From: Narcine bancroftii
Lineage: Eukaryota
Direction of reading: 5' to 3'
DNA length: 64,000 nucleotides
Assembly: GCF_036971445.1 (NCBI RefSeq)
Contig: NC_091469.1
Span: 370,450,001 to 370,514,000 of the forward strand
In this document: piece by piece, positions 26,490 through 39,004 of the stretch
Position numbering within the stretch: position 1 is the first letter of the stretch
Layout: each line of letters begins with the position of its first letter
Translations under genes and position numbers: made by a program
Notes under the pieces: generated by a model
Told to the model about the DNA's origin: nothing
The model's database searches: none
Seen by the model: only the letters and a program-made list of their open reading frames with translations

Positions 26490-26680
26490 TGTTTTTTTAC
26501 ACAGCTGCAGCATTCCAGGAAATTATTCCCTTTTTCCCGGAACACATGCAGTGTAAAAAGCTTGGAACTGGAATGGGGGTGCCACTCCCGTTCTCACATT
26601 TTTTTTCGACTAGACCCTTTGTCATTTTCCTGGAATGCCTGTAGTGTAATTGCACTACAGGCATTCCAGGACCAACTGTC
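26490..26680. repeat. Palindromic MITE-like remnant with two hairpins
   Basis: Imperfect hairpin ttttttacac...gtgtaaaaa at 26492-26559; perfect 19-bp-arm palindrome at 26628-26671. Confidence 0.6.
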
Positions 26681-27241
26681 ATTACAGTTGACTTTGCCCC
26701 AGTCCTGCCTTTTTAGATTCTGTGTAAGGTTAATATATGTGGATTGGCAAGTGGACACGCATTTCATTTGCTGGGACTTTGTCTTGAATGTCACTGCTCA
26801 TCTAGTTGGGACATCAGATAGACATTTAATGGGCATCTAGTTGGAACATCAGATAGGCAAAGGTTGGAACCAAGGATGTGCTCTAGATTAGTATCGCCTA
26901 GAAGGGCAGGAATGGAGAAGGCTAAGAAGAAGGAGGGGGCGTGCAGTGGTGCTGCATGTTCCAAGCATGTTATACTTCACAGTCACTTCAATACTATGGC
27001 ATTGCACAACCTGCCTCTTTACTTACTGCAATGCCGGTATGCTGTATAGAATGGCAAAATGAAATGGAGATTTAGAGTTTTGGTCATTCCAGTGTGAACG
27101 ACCAATGCATAAAATTCATAAAAGTAAAATCCCGTGAAGGCTGTATAAAAATCATAATAAATTATGAGGCTGTTATGGTGTGATAGAAACATAGGAATTT
27201 GTAATACCAAGAACAGACAAAAGTAATGTTCCAGTTACAAA

Positions 27242-27243
<2 letters not shown>

Positions 27244-27308
<65 letters not shown>
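27244..27308. repeat. (CA)n microsatellite
   Basis: Uninterrupted AC run of about 32 units. Confidence 0.98.
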
Positions 27309-27309
<1 letters not shown>

Positions 27310-27404
27310 CTCTTGCACTGTAAATATTGCGACTTTTATAAAGAAGTGTAGCAGATTCCAGGATTATATGTCCAGCTTTCAATGAATTTTCTAATACTAT
27401 TTAG

Positions 27405-27722
27405 ATATAGAACATTACAGGCCATTCAGTCCTCAATGCTGACCAATTTATTCCGACCAAAATAAATACTAAGCCCTTCCTACCTTGTAGCCCTCCATTT
27501 TCTTCCATCTATGTGGCTGTCTAAGAGTCTCTTAAATGTCCCTAATGTTTCAGCCTCCATCACGTACCCTGACAAGGCATTCCAGGCACCCACAACACTC
27601 TGTATATAAAGAAAAGATCCCTGATGTCTCCACTAAATTTTCCTCCCTTCACTTTGCTTTGATGTTTGCTACTCCTGCACTAGGAAAAAAGTGATGACTA
27701 TTGACCTTCTCTATGCCTCTAA
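27405..27722 (-). mobile_element. CR1 3' end fragment
   Basis: atagaacattacag tail; gtctaagagtctcttaaatg; gcattccaggcacccacaacactctg. Confidence 0.75.
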
Positions 27723-29189
27723 AATGTTAATGAAGAGAAATTCAAGGTGCGCTTAAAAGTTTAAACAACAGATGATCTGAGGAAAGGTTAGAGGCAAAAT
27801 AAAGACATTCTTTTGCAGGAATAGATATAGAGTCAGACAGCTCAGTGTAAAGAAGGTGGAGGACATTCTGGGTTCATCATGAGGCAGCAAGCTCTGACGT
27901 TATGGTTTCAGTTTTCCCAATTCCTTAGTGATTTCATGTTTTAGATGTGCAGTATTTTCTTCAATATAAACCATCCAGTTGGAGCTGAATTCTGCTTATA
28001 AAAATCTTTCCATCTCAGCACTTCTTGGACCTTAACTTCTTTTCTCTTTTTATAAATTGATTGACAATCCTGTTGACAGGTACACTATTAGGATGTGCGA
28101 CTTTTATAAAGAAGTGTAGCAGATTCCAGGATTATATGTGAACAAGTCCAGCTTTCAATGAATTTTCTGATACTATTTAGATATAGAACATTACAGCACA
28201 GTACAGGCAGCTCAGAAAACATTTTGGGCTTCATGGTTTTTTTTTCTCTCAAGTCCTATTTTATCCAATCATGTTTTTTTCAACCTTCGCATGGTTTTGC
28301 TTTTCACGAATGGCACAGCTTGGGTATTAAATGTATCAAAGATTTTTTTAACTGATAACAGTTTGCATCATTTGAACAGCTTTCACATCTAAAACTTGAA
28401 ATTGCTGACAATTTTTAAACAATTTTTCTCTTTAATATTTTTATTGGTTTTACACAAATAAACATTTATGTACAGAACATATAAGTGTCCGATTACATAG
28501 TTCAGCAAAATATAAAGGCACATAGAGTGCATCCATGATACAAAAGTAATTTTATCACAAATAACCGTGTCTCTAAATCCCATCCCCATACCAACATTTT
28601 GTGGCAAAAAAAAACTTTGATCCTGGAGTAAAACAGCAAAGTACTGAAATTCAGGATTCGTATTATGCCTAGAGGTCGTGGAAATAATTCAGAAATGGTC
28701 CCCACAACATTTGAAACCTTGTATTTGAGTTGTTAATTGAATAATTAATCTTTTCTAAATGTAAGCAGATCATAATGTTCCTCAGCCAATGAGCCTGAGT
28801 GGTCAGGCAACAGTCTTCCATCTAAGAACATCATCCTCTCCAGTTGTACTGAAAAGATCAACCAGAGGATTAGACTCTAGATTTAAATTAAGGGGTAAGG
28901 ATAAAGTTTGAAACACATCCCTCCAGTATTCTTCAAGACTAGAACACATCCAGAACATGTGAATTAAAGAACCCTGTCTTCTCTTACATTTATCACAACA
29001 AGAATTTACATCTGAATAGATATGAGATAATTTAACTTTAGACATATGGGCTTTATGTACAACTTTAAATTGTAACCAACCATGATGGACACAAAAGGAT
29101 TAATCATCTTAAAAATTGAATCCCAAACCTCGACCAATAATAAAAGGCTTAAATCTTGTTCCTAGGCATCTTTAATTTTAACGAACTGG

Positions 29190-29254
29190 TATGGACTTGA
29201 AGGGCCGACATGGCCTGTTTCCGTGCTGTAAACGGTTATATGGTTATGGTTATA
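29190..29254 (+). mobile_element. Very short young CR1 3'-terminal insertion inside the L1
   Basis: gaagggccgacatggcctgtttccgtgctgtaaacggttatatggttatggttata: CR1 terminal hairpin plus short tandem tail. Confidence 0.75.
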
Positions 29255-31280
29255 GACGGGCATGTCTCAAACCCACTAACATCACAGATAATGGATATTA
29301 AACCTTCGTGAGAAACTTGACAACTAAAAATAAATACATCTACAATGTTCTCATCAGGTGGCCGAGAAAAATCAGGTATGCAAGATGGAAGAAAATGCCT
29401 GATTTGTTCAAATGATGCAATGCTGTTATCAATTAAAAAAAAATATTTGGAATATTCAATACCCAACCTGTGCCGTTCATAAAAAGCAAAATCAGACAAA
29501 GAAGGTTGAAAGAGATGATTGGATAAAATAGGACTTGAGAGGAAAAAACCATGAAGCCCAAAATGTTTTCTGAACTGCACCCACACTCTCACAGTGTGCC
29601 CGACAACAGGATGTCAATTGATTTATTTAAAGAAAAAGGAAATGAGGATCCAAGAAGTGCTGAGATAGAAATGTTTTTAGCAGAATTCATTGCTTCATTG
29701 CCACCCAAACTGGATGGTCCACTACATTATGAAGATGTAACCAAAACATAAAGTTACATATATTGACTGCCCAATAATGAAATCTGAAATTAGGTAGTGC
29801 CATACCTCCATTGATTTTAGATCTTTTAAAGATAGGTTTTATTTAAGCAAGGGCACTTACCCTTCTGTATATAAGACGATATAGCCGAATCAAGTGAATT
29901 TAAAAAAACTATTTGGAAATAAAAATTGGTATGGATTGAAAAACATATAAAAATTTAGGCAAGATAATCTTTTTTATAGAATTAATATGACCAACCAGAA
30001 ATATAGACGGGGGTGAACACTGTTTCACATGCTTTAATAAAGTAAGGACATTTTCTTTAAAAAAGATACTTATGATTCTTTGTAACTGTAATATCAAGAT
30101 AAGTTAACTGATTTTCCACAATCTTAAAAGGAAGATTAGTTTACAGTGTTGCAGGTGTATTCGAAGTGCAAAGTTTACTTTTATGTAGGTTTAATATATC
30201 TACTGAAAACTGAATTCTGAAAGTAATGACAGCATGGGAGGTAAGGAAGTATCAGGGCTTGATATGAAAAGTAGATCACCTGCATAAAGGGAAACTTTAT
30301 GTTTAATTCCCTTTCTACATATTTCAGGTGATATCCTCACACAATCGAAATGCAATCACTAATGGGTCTATGGCCAAATCAAAAGGTATTGGACTTAGAG
30401 GACACCTTTGACAGGTTCCCCATTGGAGATTGAAAGGTTATGACTGTGGAAAGTTAATGAGAATTGAAGCTGTAGGGCATGAATTCAGTAATTTAATCCA
30501 TGTAATAAACATGATCCAAAATTGAATTTTTCTAAATTCGTAAATAAATACATCCACTCCATCCGATCAAAGATTTTCTCTGCATCTAAGGAAAGAACAC
30601 ATTCAGGAACTATACTGGAAGGTAAGTACAAAATATACAATGTGATATATATTAAAATAAGTGTATCAGTTTTTAATAAAACCTGTCTGATCTTCAGAAA
30701 TTATTGATGGTAATATATTCTCAAATCTATGGGCCAAATCTTTAGCCAAAATTTTAACATCAACATTTAATAAAGAAATTGGCCTGTAGGAGAAGCACTC
30801 AGTTGGATCTTTACCTTTCTTTACTTGAGAGATATACATGCTTCATTAAGTGCTGCTGGGAGGTACCCTGCTTAAACAAATCAGATAACACAGAACCTAA
30901 TTAAGGTGAAAGAAATTAAGAAAATTATTTTTTTTAAAACTCCACAGGAAACTAATGGGTCCTGGAGATTCTCAAGAATGCATGAAGAAATAGCAGCAGA
31001 CATTTCTTGCATTATAGGTTCATCTAATCTTGTCTGGTTATCCAAAGAAAGCATGAGAATATTTAAGCGATCCAAAAAACTCTTCATTGAACATTTGTGA
31101 ATTTAGAGGTATAAAGTCTGGAATAAAATTTCCTTAACATCATTTATCTCAGAATGATATGTAGATATGTTACCATCATCCATTTGAATCTTTGTAATTT
31201 GTCACTTGGCTTCAACACCTCTCAAATGATTAGCTGAAAACTTGCCAGATTTGTCACCATGAATATAAAACTGACTCGTA

Positions 31281-31497
31281 CGTTCTGATATGCCATAAAC
31301 ATGGACTGGACAAGTGTTATACTAATACAGGGCTCTTATTAACAGACTCTCTGCCACTACTATACTGGCCAGTTGGAATGCATTTCCATCTGTTATACCA
31401 GTAGGGTGGTGCATCTCTACAGCCGCAGCCAATAGCAAGCAACTCCATACATTAGAAGCAGTCAGTATAATACCCCCCCACCCATTACTTCATCACA
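31281..31497 (-). mobile_element. Possible short solo LTR inserted in the L1 ORF2
   Basis: Non-L1 segment interrupting ORF2 and ending catcaca; left boundary and TSD unclear. Confidence 0.35.
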
Positions 31498-32104
31498 TTC
31501 TTCAAAAGTTGGAATTCAATCAGATATGTTGAAAGAATATCAAATTTAATTTAAAGTTCAACTTGCTTTTTATATAATTCAGGATTTTGAACTTGAGCAT
31601 ATTGTTGTTCTATTTGTTTAATTTGATTAACTGATTCTAATCCTTCTTCATTAGCCTTCCTTTTTATCATGGTATCAGAAATAATTTGCTCCCTAAGAAA
31701 AGCTCTCAAAGCATCCCAAACTAAAAGTTTCTACAAAGTATTTGTATTAAAGAAAAAAGTTATCTGCTGCTCCATAAATTTCACAAAATCATTATCTGAT
31801 AGTAAAGTTGAATTGAAACACCAGAGTCAGAGGCCAGGAAGGGTCTTAGATAATACAACAGGGGCATGATCTGATGTTATATACTCTGATAACTATCAAA
31901 ACGAGTAAGTGAAATCAGTTGATAATCAATAAGAAATAGTGAGAGGATCCAGTTAACCATCCAGTTAAGAAAAGTAGTATCACATACTAAACAAATTAAA
32001 GCCAAAATTGTATTTTTACAAGAAATGCATATTCATAATTAACCCATAAAATGTTGCCAAAGCAAAGAAAGCCAACCAGTCCTCACCCAACAAATACTAT
32101 ATAA

Positions 32105-32446
32105 CTGTGGTTCTCAACCTTTTTCTTTCCACTCACATACCTCTTTAAGTTTTACCTATGCCTTAGGTGCTCTGGGATTAGTAGGGGATTAGTTAAGATG
32201 GTATGTGGGTAGGAAAAAAAGGTTGTGAACCACTGCTCTAGTCTGAGTTATTACTGAAATATTTGGTCATTGGCCCATTTCCTTTGGAGTTATGAAACCG
32301 TCAATAACAAGTCAATTAGGTACTATTAAAACAGTGGTTTTTGAAACTTTTTTCCACTCACATACCACCTTAAGCAATCCCTTACTAATCACAGAGCAGC
32401 TATCACATAGTGATGTGAATGGAAAACAAAAGGTTGAAAATCACTA
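32105..32446. mobile_element. Non-autonomous hAT (Charlie-like) MITE, 342 bp, with 8-bp TSD
   Basis: TSD ctatataa at 32097-32104 and 32447-32454; termini ctgtggttctcaacc / ggttgaaaatcacta resemble the CAGTGGTTCTCAACC TIR. Confidence 0.9.
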
Positions 32447-33984
32447 CTATATAACAAGTGTGAGAAACCTTAAAGCTAATAATAGTTAATCAGCTTCAGT
32501 TGCCAAGTAGAAATTCACACTGTGCACTATGCAGTAGGGAGGCCATCTGGGTAATTCTGACTCCCTTCAACCCAGCACAGCCACTTATGTCCATTGGGAA
32601 GAGTAACGTGGAGGTGTGCAGGATACAACATGGAAGGCTTGGAACCACGATTGTACAACTCTGACATTACCTCTCTGTATTCATTGTGCTGCTTCAAATC
32701 TTCAGGACAGTAATCCTCTACAAAACGGATCTGTTGGCCATGATATTTGAGTTTCCCTCTTCGATGAGCTTCACAAATCAGAGAATCCTTAATTTGATAC
32801 GGATGTAGCCGAAGAATGACTGAGCATGGTCTCTGCTCTGGGGCCATCTTAGGTACTAATGAGCGGAGAGCTCTATCAATCTCTGGGAAAAACTCCTCAA
32901 AAACCATGCAAAGCAACTCTAATATATTTTTTAAAAATTGTAAATTGCCCACTTTTGTTAGATTCAGCCAAGCCAAGGAAACGTAGATTTTGTCTTCAGC
33001 TCCTGCCTTCTAGGTCAACAACTTTTGCAGTTAGCATTGAATTGCTGTCACTTAATCTGGAGCGCACATCTTCTAATTCATCAACACGCTCACACAATTT
33101 GTTCAATTCATGCTCAAAAGATGAGGAACATTCACCGTGTTCCTTGGTTCATCTCCAGACTTGATCAAGTTCAGCATCAATCTGACTTAAGATAACTTTA
33201 AAATCATCGGCTAATGACTGTCTTGCTAATTCAGTAGCTCAAAATTAGCCTCCATAGTCAGATTAGTTGGCACCTCTTCTTTCTTCCCTGATTTACCAGT
33301 TCTTGTAGCCATTTTAATGTAAATATAGATAAAGGAATGGAAAGGCATATAATATGAAACACTTTGGTTGTAATATAAAGAATCAAATAGGTAGCAGAAA
33401 TGTAAAGTAGACAGGAGCATCTGACTGCTGCTGTTACACCATTCTGCAGCCAACCGGAAGTCCTAATCATTTTTAAATGTATCCAACAGTCAGAAATATT
33501 TGAAACTATTCAATTATTGTTAAAGGCTTCCTCAAAGGTTTGTCTTTCCGCTGATGCTTTATAATGATATTTTAATGTTTCTTGAATTTTAGAAGCATTT
33601 AAAAAATAAAGTATGACCAAATAGCAAACAATATTAATAAATAATAAAAATCATTAAAATCAGTTTTCCTTTTTGCCACATGATCTCCAGATCTGTTGTG
33701 GAGTAAGATCAGATAGTCCTTGACGGACTTGGCTCCATCACCCTAAATTGCTTTTGTTCAACAGAAGACTACTACTACAAGAGCATAAAAATATGCAGGG
33801 AATTGGACTCAGAAATTGAAATAAAAGCACAGAAAATGCTGAAAATAGCAAAAACAGGCAGCATCTGTTGATAGAGAAACACAATGAAAGGATGTAACCC
33901 ATTTTCTTTACTCACCAGTTGCTGGGGAGCATGGCAGTTCCCAGACCACATACCCCTTTCATTGTTGGGACAGTAGTGTAGAGG

Positions 33985-34400
33985 GTTAGGGTTTTTAAGT
34001 TCTTGGGTGTCCACATATTAATGGACCACACCAAGAGCCAGCACATTGAGGCCACCATGCAGAAAGCACACCAATCCCACTACTTTGTAAGGAGTCTGAA
34101 GAATTTGGCATATCATGAATCCTCAAGAGGTCCACTGTGGAAAATATTCTGACTGGTTTGGAAACTCGAGTGCCCAGGAAGCAGAAGGCTGCAGCATGTG
34201 GCAAACCCAGCCAGGTCCATCATAAACACTGAGCTCCCATCCACAGAAGACATATACATAAGGTTCTACCGCATCCTGGTCACAACCTCTCCTCACTGCT
34301 ACCTTTTAGTTCAAGGTAGAAAAGTGTGAAGTCCAGCACCTCTTCTTTCATGAGAATCTTTTGATTCAAACAGCTATAGGGATCTTAAACTTTCTCAAAT
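33985..34400 (+). mobile_element. Rex1/Babar-like LINE 3' fragment
   Basis: tttaagttcttgggtgtccacat (FKFLGVH); catcctggtcacaacctctcctcactgctacc. Confidence 0.7.
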
Positions 34401-34449
34401 TATCCTAATGCTGAACTACCCTGGGACCACCAAAAGATCTGTCTGCACC

Positions 34450-34640
34450 AGCGTAGCAGCTTGAGTATGCTTTTGCAGCACTAGAGATCTGGGTTTGAAT
34501 CCAGTGCTATCTAAAAGAAGTTTTTACATTCTCCCTGTGACCTGCATGGATTTTCCCCAGGTGCTAATGTTTTCTCTTAACCCCCAAAATACACAGGATT
34601 TATAGTTAAATTGAGTGTAATTGAGAAGCAATGACTGGTT
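34450..34640 (+). mobile_element. HE1/V-SINE-like element
   Basis: gggtttgaatcc B-box-like motif, then agaagtttttacattctccctgtgacctgcatggattttccccaggtgct core. Confidence 0.7.
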
Positions 34641-35304
34641 TCAATGCAGCAAGTATGAATTTTCCTGCATCTGTGCATTGTACTGTACATTGTGCATAAA
34701 GCAATAAACTCTCATATTTTGTCATATAGTTTTTGAACATGGAGTGCAGTATGTATTGAGTGCACACCCTTCTCTCTAAATACCCCACAACTGACAAGTG
34801 TCTTGTGGATTAGATTGGGCTCTGAGAGGCCAATAGGCCTCAAATATCCCATGTAATTCCTGCCCTCAGGACAACTTGACAATTTTTGACAGTTCACCAG
34901 TTGTCATTCCAGTTTAATTATTAGAATATTTAAAAGCATTAAAATAAAGTAAAATAAACCAAGCATTTACTGGTACTTACTTTAACCATGTGGTTAGAAT
35001 GTCTTTTTTACCATTTCAGCATGTGTTTGATAATCAGAGTTTCCTGTTACAATTGCAATAAAGGAAGAAAATTAAAAAGCACTTTAAAATGTATTAAGCT
35101 AATATCAATGTACTTGCCACAAAAACAATATTAATAAAAATAAAACAACCAACTGTACTTCATCACACTTATTCACTACTCTATTCCAATGAATGGGGTA
35201 CAGCAGATACAATTGGTGTGAAGTCAGGGAATCAGAAATGAAAGTGGTACCAACCCCTCAATTCAGCATTTTATGGAACAATGTGCAGACCCAGAAACAG
35301 GGAA

Positions 35305-38300
35305 TCTGTGCATACTGTAGCTTGACTGCAGAGCAAGTGGCAAATAATGATCCTGTTAAACAAGTAGCATTGAAAGCTTATGAGTTGGTTCCAGAGGCAT
35401 AGAGGCAAAAATTTGAGTTTGGTGAAAACATGGAATCAATCTTATATGGATTTTGCTCTGAAGAAATCTGTGTGTTTTAACCGGTGGTGCGCCTCAAAAG
35501 GAATAAACAATGATTTTGACAGATTGGGAGAATTAATATTAATAGAGGAAATTAAAATGTGTGTCCCAGAGGAGATTAAATTATATCTGGATGAGAGAGA
35601 TGTGGGGATGTGGCAACAGGTGGCTAGATTAGCAACCGAATTTGCTCTGATTCATAAAAGTACATTCCAGAATAATAGACATTTTCAGAGAGTTAATGTG
35701 GAACAGATTAATAAACTTTTTCATAAAGTTCATATGGATCAGGACAGTAGGCCTGAAATAAAGTATGGAGAAAATGTTAAAAGGAAAGATGGCGGAAAGG
35801 TAGGAAAGGACATAACTTCTGCATTTGTATGTCATTTTTGTAAGAAACCTGGTAATATGATTGCGAATTGTCTAGTCTTGAAAAAGAGAAAAACAGGTTT
35901 TACCAGAAGCATGTATTCAAACATGGAATTTAAGGAGAGCAGAGGTGCCAAACCTGGTAAGGAGGTCATGGATGTTTTCAAGCCTTTTATGTCAGAGGGC
36001 TTTGTCTCAATAAAGGAGGGAGAACCACAGGATCCAGTTAAAATGCTTAGAGATACTGGGGCTGCTCAGTCATTGTTGTTGGGAAGTGTTTTAACTGTGG
36101 ATCGAAGGACTGACACAGGGGAGACAACTTTGATTAAAGGTGTTGGAGGTGAGGAAGAGTCAATATCGCTTCACAAGGTTGTGCTGAATTCAGAATTAGT
36201 TAAAGGACCTGTTGTAGTAGGAATAATTCCAAAGTTACCCATGCAGGGTGCCTTGTTTTTGTTGGGGAATGATTTGGCAGAGGATAAAGTTGGGTCAGTA
36301 AGGATGTGGTTAGAGAGGATGTGAGCTATATCCTGCATGCGCGGTAACTAGGTCTGTGACAAAGGAAATTATGAAAGCTGAAGAAAATCCAATTGATAGA
36401 GATTTGCCCAGTACTTCTGAAGTACTTTTGAAAGAACAGGGTCATTGACAAAGATTTCTCTTTGTCAAGGAAAGGGTTAATTCAGCAACAGAAAATAGAT
36501 ACAGATCTTGCTCTCTTAAGGGAGAAAGCAGTAACTGAACAGGAGATTAAAGAAATTGTTTGCGGATATGACTTGGAGGGTGAATTGTTGTTGAAACCTT
36601 ATTAGAAGAATAAAAGTAGTGGAGAACAATCTGTATCAGAGGTGTTGGCTGTAGACAGAGTGGAGGAAGTGGTGGATCATAATATTATGGAAACAAAATC
36701 TTGTGAGGGTAACCTTAAAGAAACCATGGTTCCTGTGCACCTGTCTAACTCAACAATTTTGGAAAATTTGGAAGAAAAGGTAGGCCATCTTAAGTTACAA
36801 GAGCAGATGCAGTTGAATAATTACTTTTGAAATACACAAATTTGTTCCCTGATGTTCCAAAAAGGACATCAGTGATTTACTATGATGTAGATATTGGAGA
36901 AACAAATCTCATAAACATTCAAAAAAGTAAAGTCATGGATCAGGTGGTGGAATGTATGTTGAGGAATGACATTATTACACCTTTGAACTCAGACTGGAGT
37001 TCTCCTTGTATTCTGGTACCAAAACCAGATGGAACTGTTAGGTTCTGTATGGATTATAGGATTCAGTAACTAAAACAGATGCTTATCCTATTCCAAGAAT
37101 AGATGACTGTATTGATAAAATTGGCAAAGCTAAATTTTTTACTAAGTTGGATTTGTTGAAGGATTACTGGTGCCTTTAACTAAGAGGAAATAATATTTCA
37201 GCTTTTGTAACTCCATCCGGTTTATACGAGTATAATGTGTTACCTTTTGGCATGAAAAATGCCCCTGCAACATTCCAGAGGATGATTAATTCGGTTATCC
37301 AACTCATACAGATGCTTATATTGATGACTTGGCCACAAAGCGCATCACATGGGAAGAACATCTAAGGCAATTGGACAAATTGTTTGCAAGATTATCCAAA
37401 GTAAACTTAACTGTTAATTTAGCAAAGAGTTAATTTGCAAATGCCATGATAATATACTTGGGTTATGTGGTTGGCCATAGCAAAGTTGCACCTATTCAAG
37501 CTAAGGTGAATGCAATTTCTGAGTTTCCTACTCCCAATGGCAAGAAAGCAGTGAGAAGGTTTTTAGGAATGGCAGGATATTACAGGAAATTTTGCAGAAA
37601 TTTTGCTCAGGTTGCTCTTCCTTTAACCAATCTTTTGAAGAAAGGGGAAAAATTTGTGTGGTCTAAAGATAGTCAGGCAGCTTTAGAAAATTTAAAGGAG
37701 ATGCTATGGCATTGCCCTGTGTTAAAATCTCCTGATTTTGACAGACTATTTTCTGTAGCAGTGGATGCCAGTGAGAGAGCAACAGGTGCAGTTTTATTGC
37801 AAAATTATAATGAGATTAACCATCCAGTTGCCTACTTTTCAAAAAAATTCTATGTTCATCAAAAGAACTATTCCACTATTGAAAAAGAACAGTTGGCTAT
37901 CATATTTGCTCTGCAGAATTTTGATGTGTATTTTGATGTGTACCTCTCATGAACCAATTGTTATATTCACTGACCACAATCCTCTGGTGTTTTTGAATAA
38001 AATGAAGAATAAAAACAGAAGATTGTTAAACTGAAGTTTGATATTACAAGAATATGATCTGCAAATTAACCATATCAGAAGTGTAAATAATGTGATTGCC
38101 GATTGTTATTCAAGGTGTTAAAATTTATCATTTATAGAAATACTCTCAAAATTGAATTATTGTACTATAACATGTTATATATTGTTTATTGTTATCTCTT
38201 TAGTGATTTTCAGACATTTTAGTTATAACTGAATTTTAACTCAAAAGTTAAAATTCCCTTTAAAGGGGGCCGGTGTGACAGAGTATTTTTGGTGGTTTGG

Positions 38301-39004
38301 GAGGAATTGTTAGAGCAGTTTGCACACAATCATTTTAAAACACAGAATATTTGCAGGACTTTTGCAGAATGCTTTTTTCAGGAGGCAACAAAGTATCAAC
38401 AGCAGCTTGCCTGGGAGAGCATGTGATCTTTGCAGGCAGAGAAGAGTTTTGCTCTCAGAGAGGGAGGGTGTGAAACAGAAAGGAGAGAGACTGAAATCAA
38501 TTCCAGAGGGACAAGCTGGCAAACTTTGGAAGGCTGCCTGGTCAAAGGAGAAGACTGGTGGTGTGAAAGGTGACCTGAAAGAGAGAAGATTATCTGGAGA
38601 ACTCTGAAGGGAGCAAGTTTCGTCAGCAAGACTGATTGAGAAGGAATCAGTGTGGATGTCCTGGAAAAGGAATCTCTCTCTGAAAACCAACAAGAACCCT
38701 CCTGAGTGGTAACCATTTGCCTGTTAAGCACCAAAGACTGGTGATCTTTGTTAATACTAACTTCTGTGCATAATACAAGAATAGCCTGCATCAGTGAGAT
38801 TGGACTGTGATCCAAATAACTTTCTAATCTTAAATATACATTACACGCACCTGCGCTTAGTATTAAAGGGGGGGATTAAGGGTAGGTTAAGTAATAAGTT
38901 AAAGTTTAATTCTGTTTTCTTATTCAAATATAATTAAAAACAACTTTGTTTAAGTAACCCTGTGTTGTGGAGCATATCTATTACTGCTGGTTACTCCGTA
39001 ACCA
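35305..39004 (+). mobile_element. 5'-truncated Gmr1-like Gypsy element (gag-PR-[IN deleted]-RT-RH) with 3' LTR
   Basis: Gag LKAYELVPEA, LILIEEIK, CHFCKKPGNMIANC; protease LRDTGAAQS; RT WSSPCILVPKPDGTVRFCMDYR, YIDD; RNase H VDASE...NYSTIEKE, ending NNVIADCYSRC* at 38121. PPT aaagggggccgg; LTR from tgtgaca at 38274 to ~39004. Confidence 0.88.

Larger units (their letters stand above)
28422..33463 (-). mobile_element. Near-full-length decayed L1-clade LINE
   Basis: 5' end ggacttccgg (reverse) at 33463. ORF1 ~33312-32527 (MATRTGKSGKK...EIDRALRS...IRFVEDY...LYPAHL). ORF2 remnants: SDHAP, QRCPLSP, LYAGDLL, ILPKFLYVFQSIP and the CDKC...HMFWMC zinc knuckle. T-rich tail at ~28422-28445. Confidence 0.9.

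Noticed and set aside
26238-26840. 200-aa ORF on the + strand
   Set aside because: Non-ATG start, no recognisable domain, and it crosses AT-rich DNA and a palindromic repeat; likely a chance ORF.
35380-36324. 314-aa ORF as a possible domesticated gag/SCAN-like gene
   Set aside because: Upstream stop and frameshift, altered knuckle His, and embedded in a decayed retroelement with broken pol.
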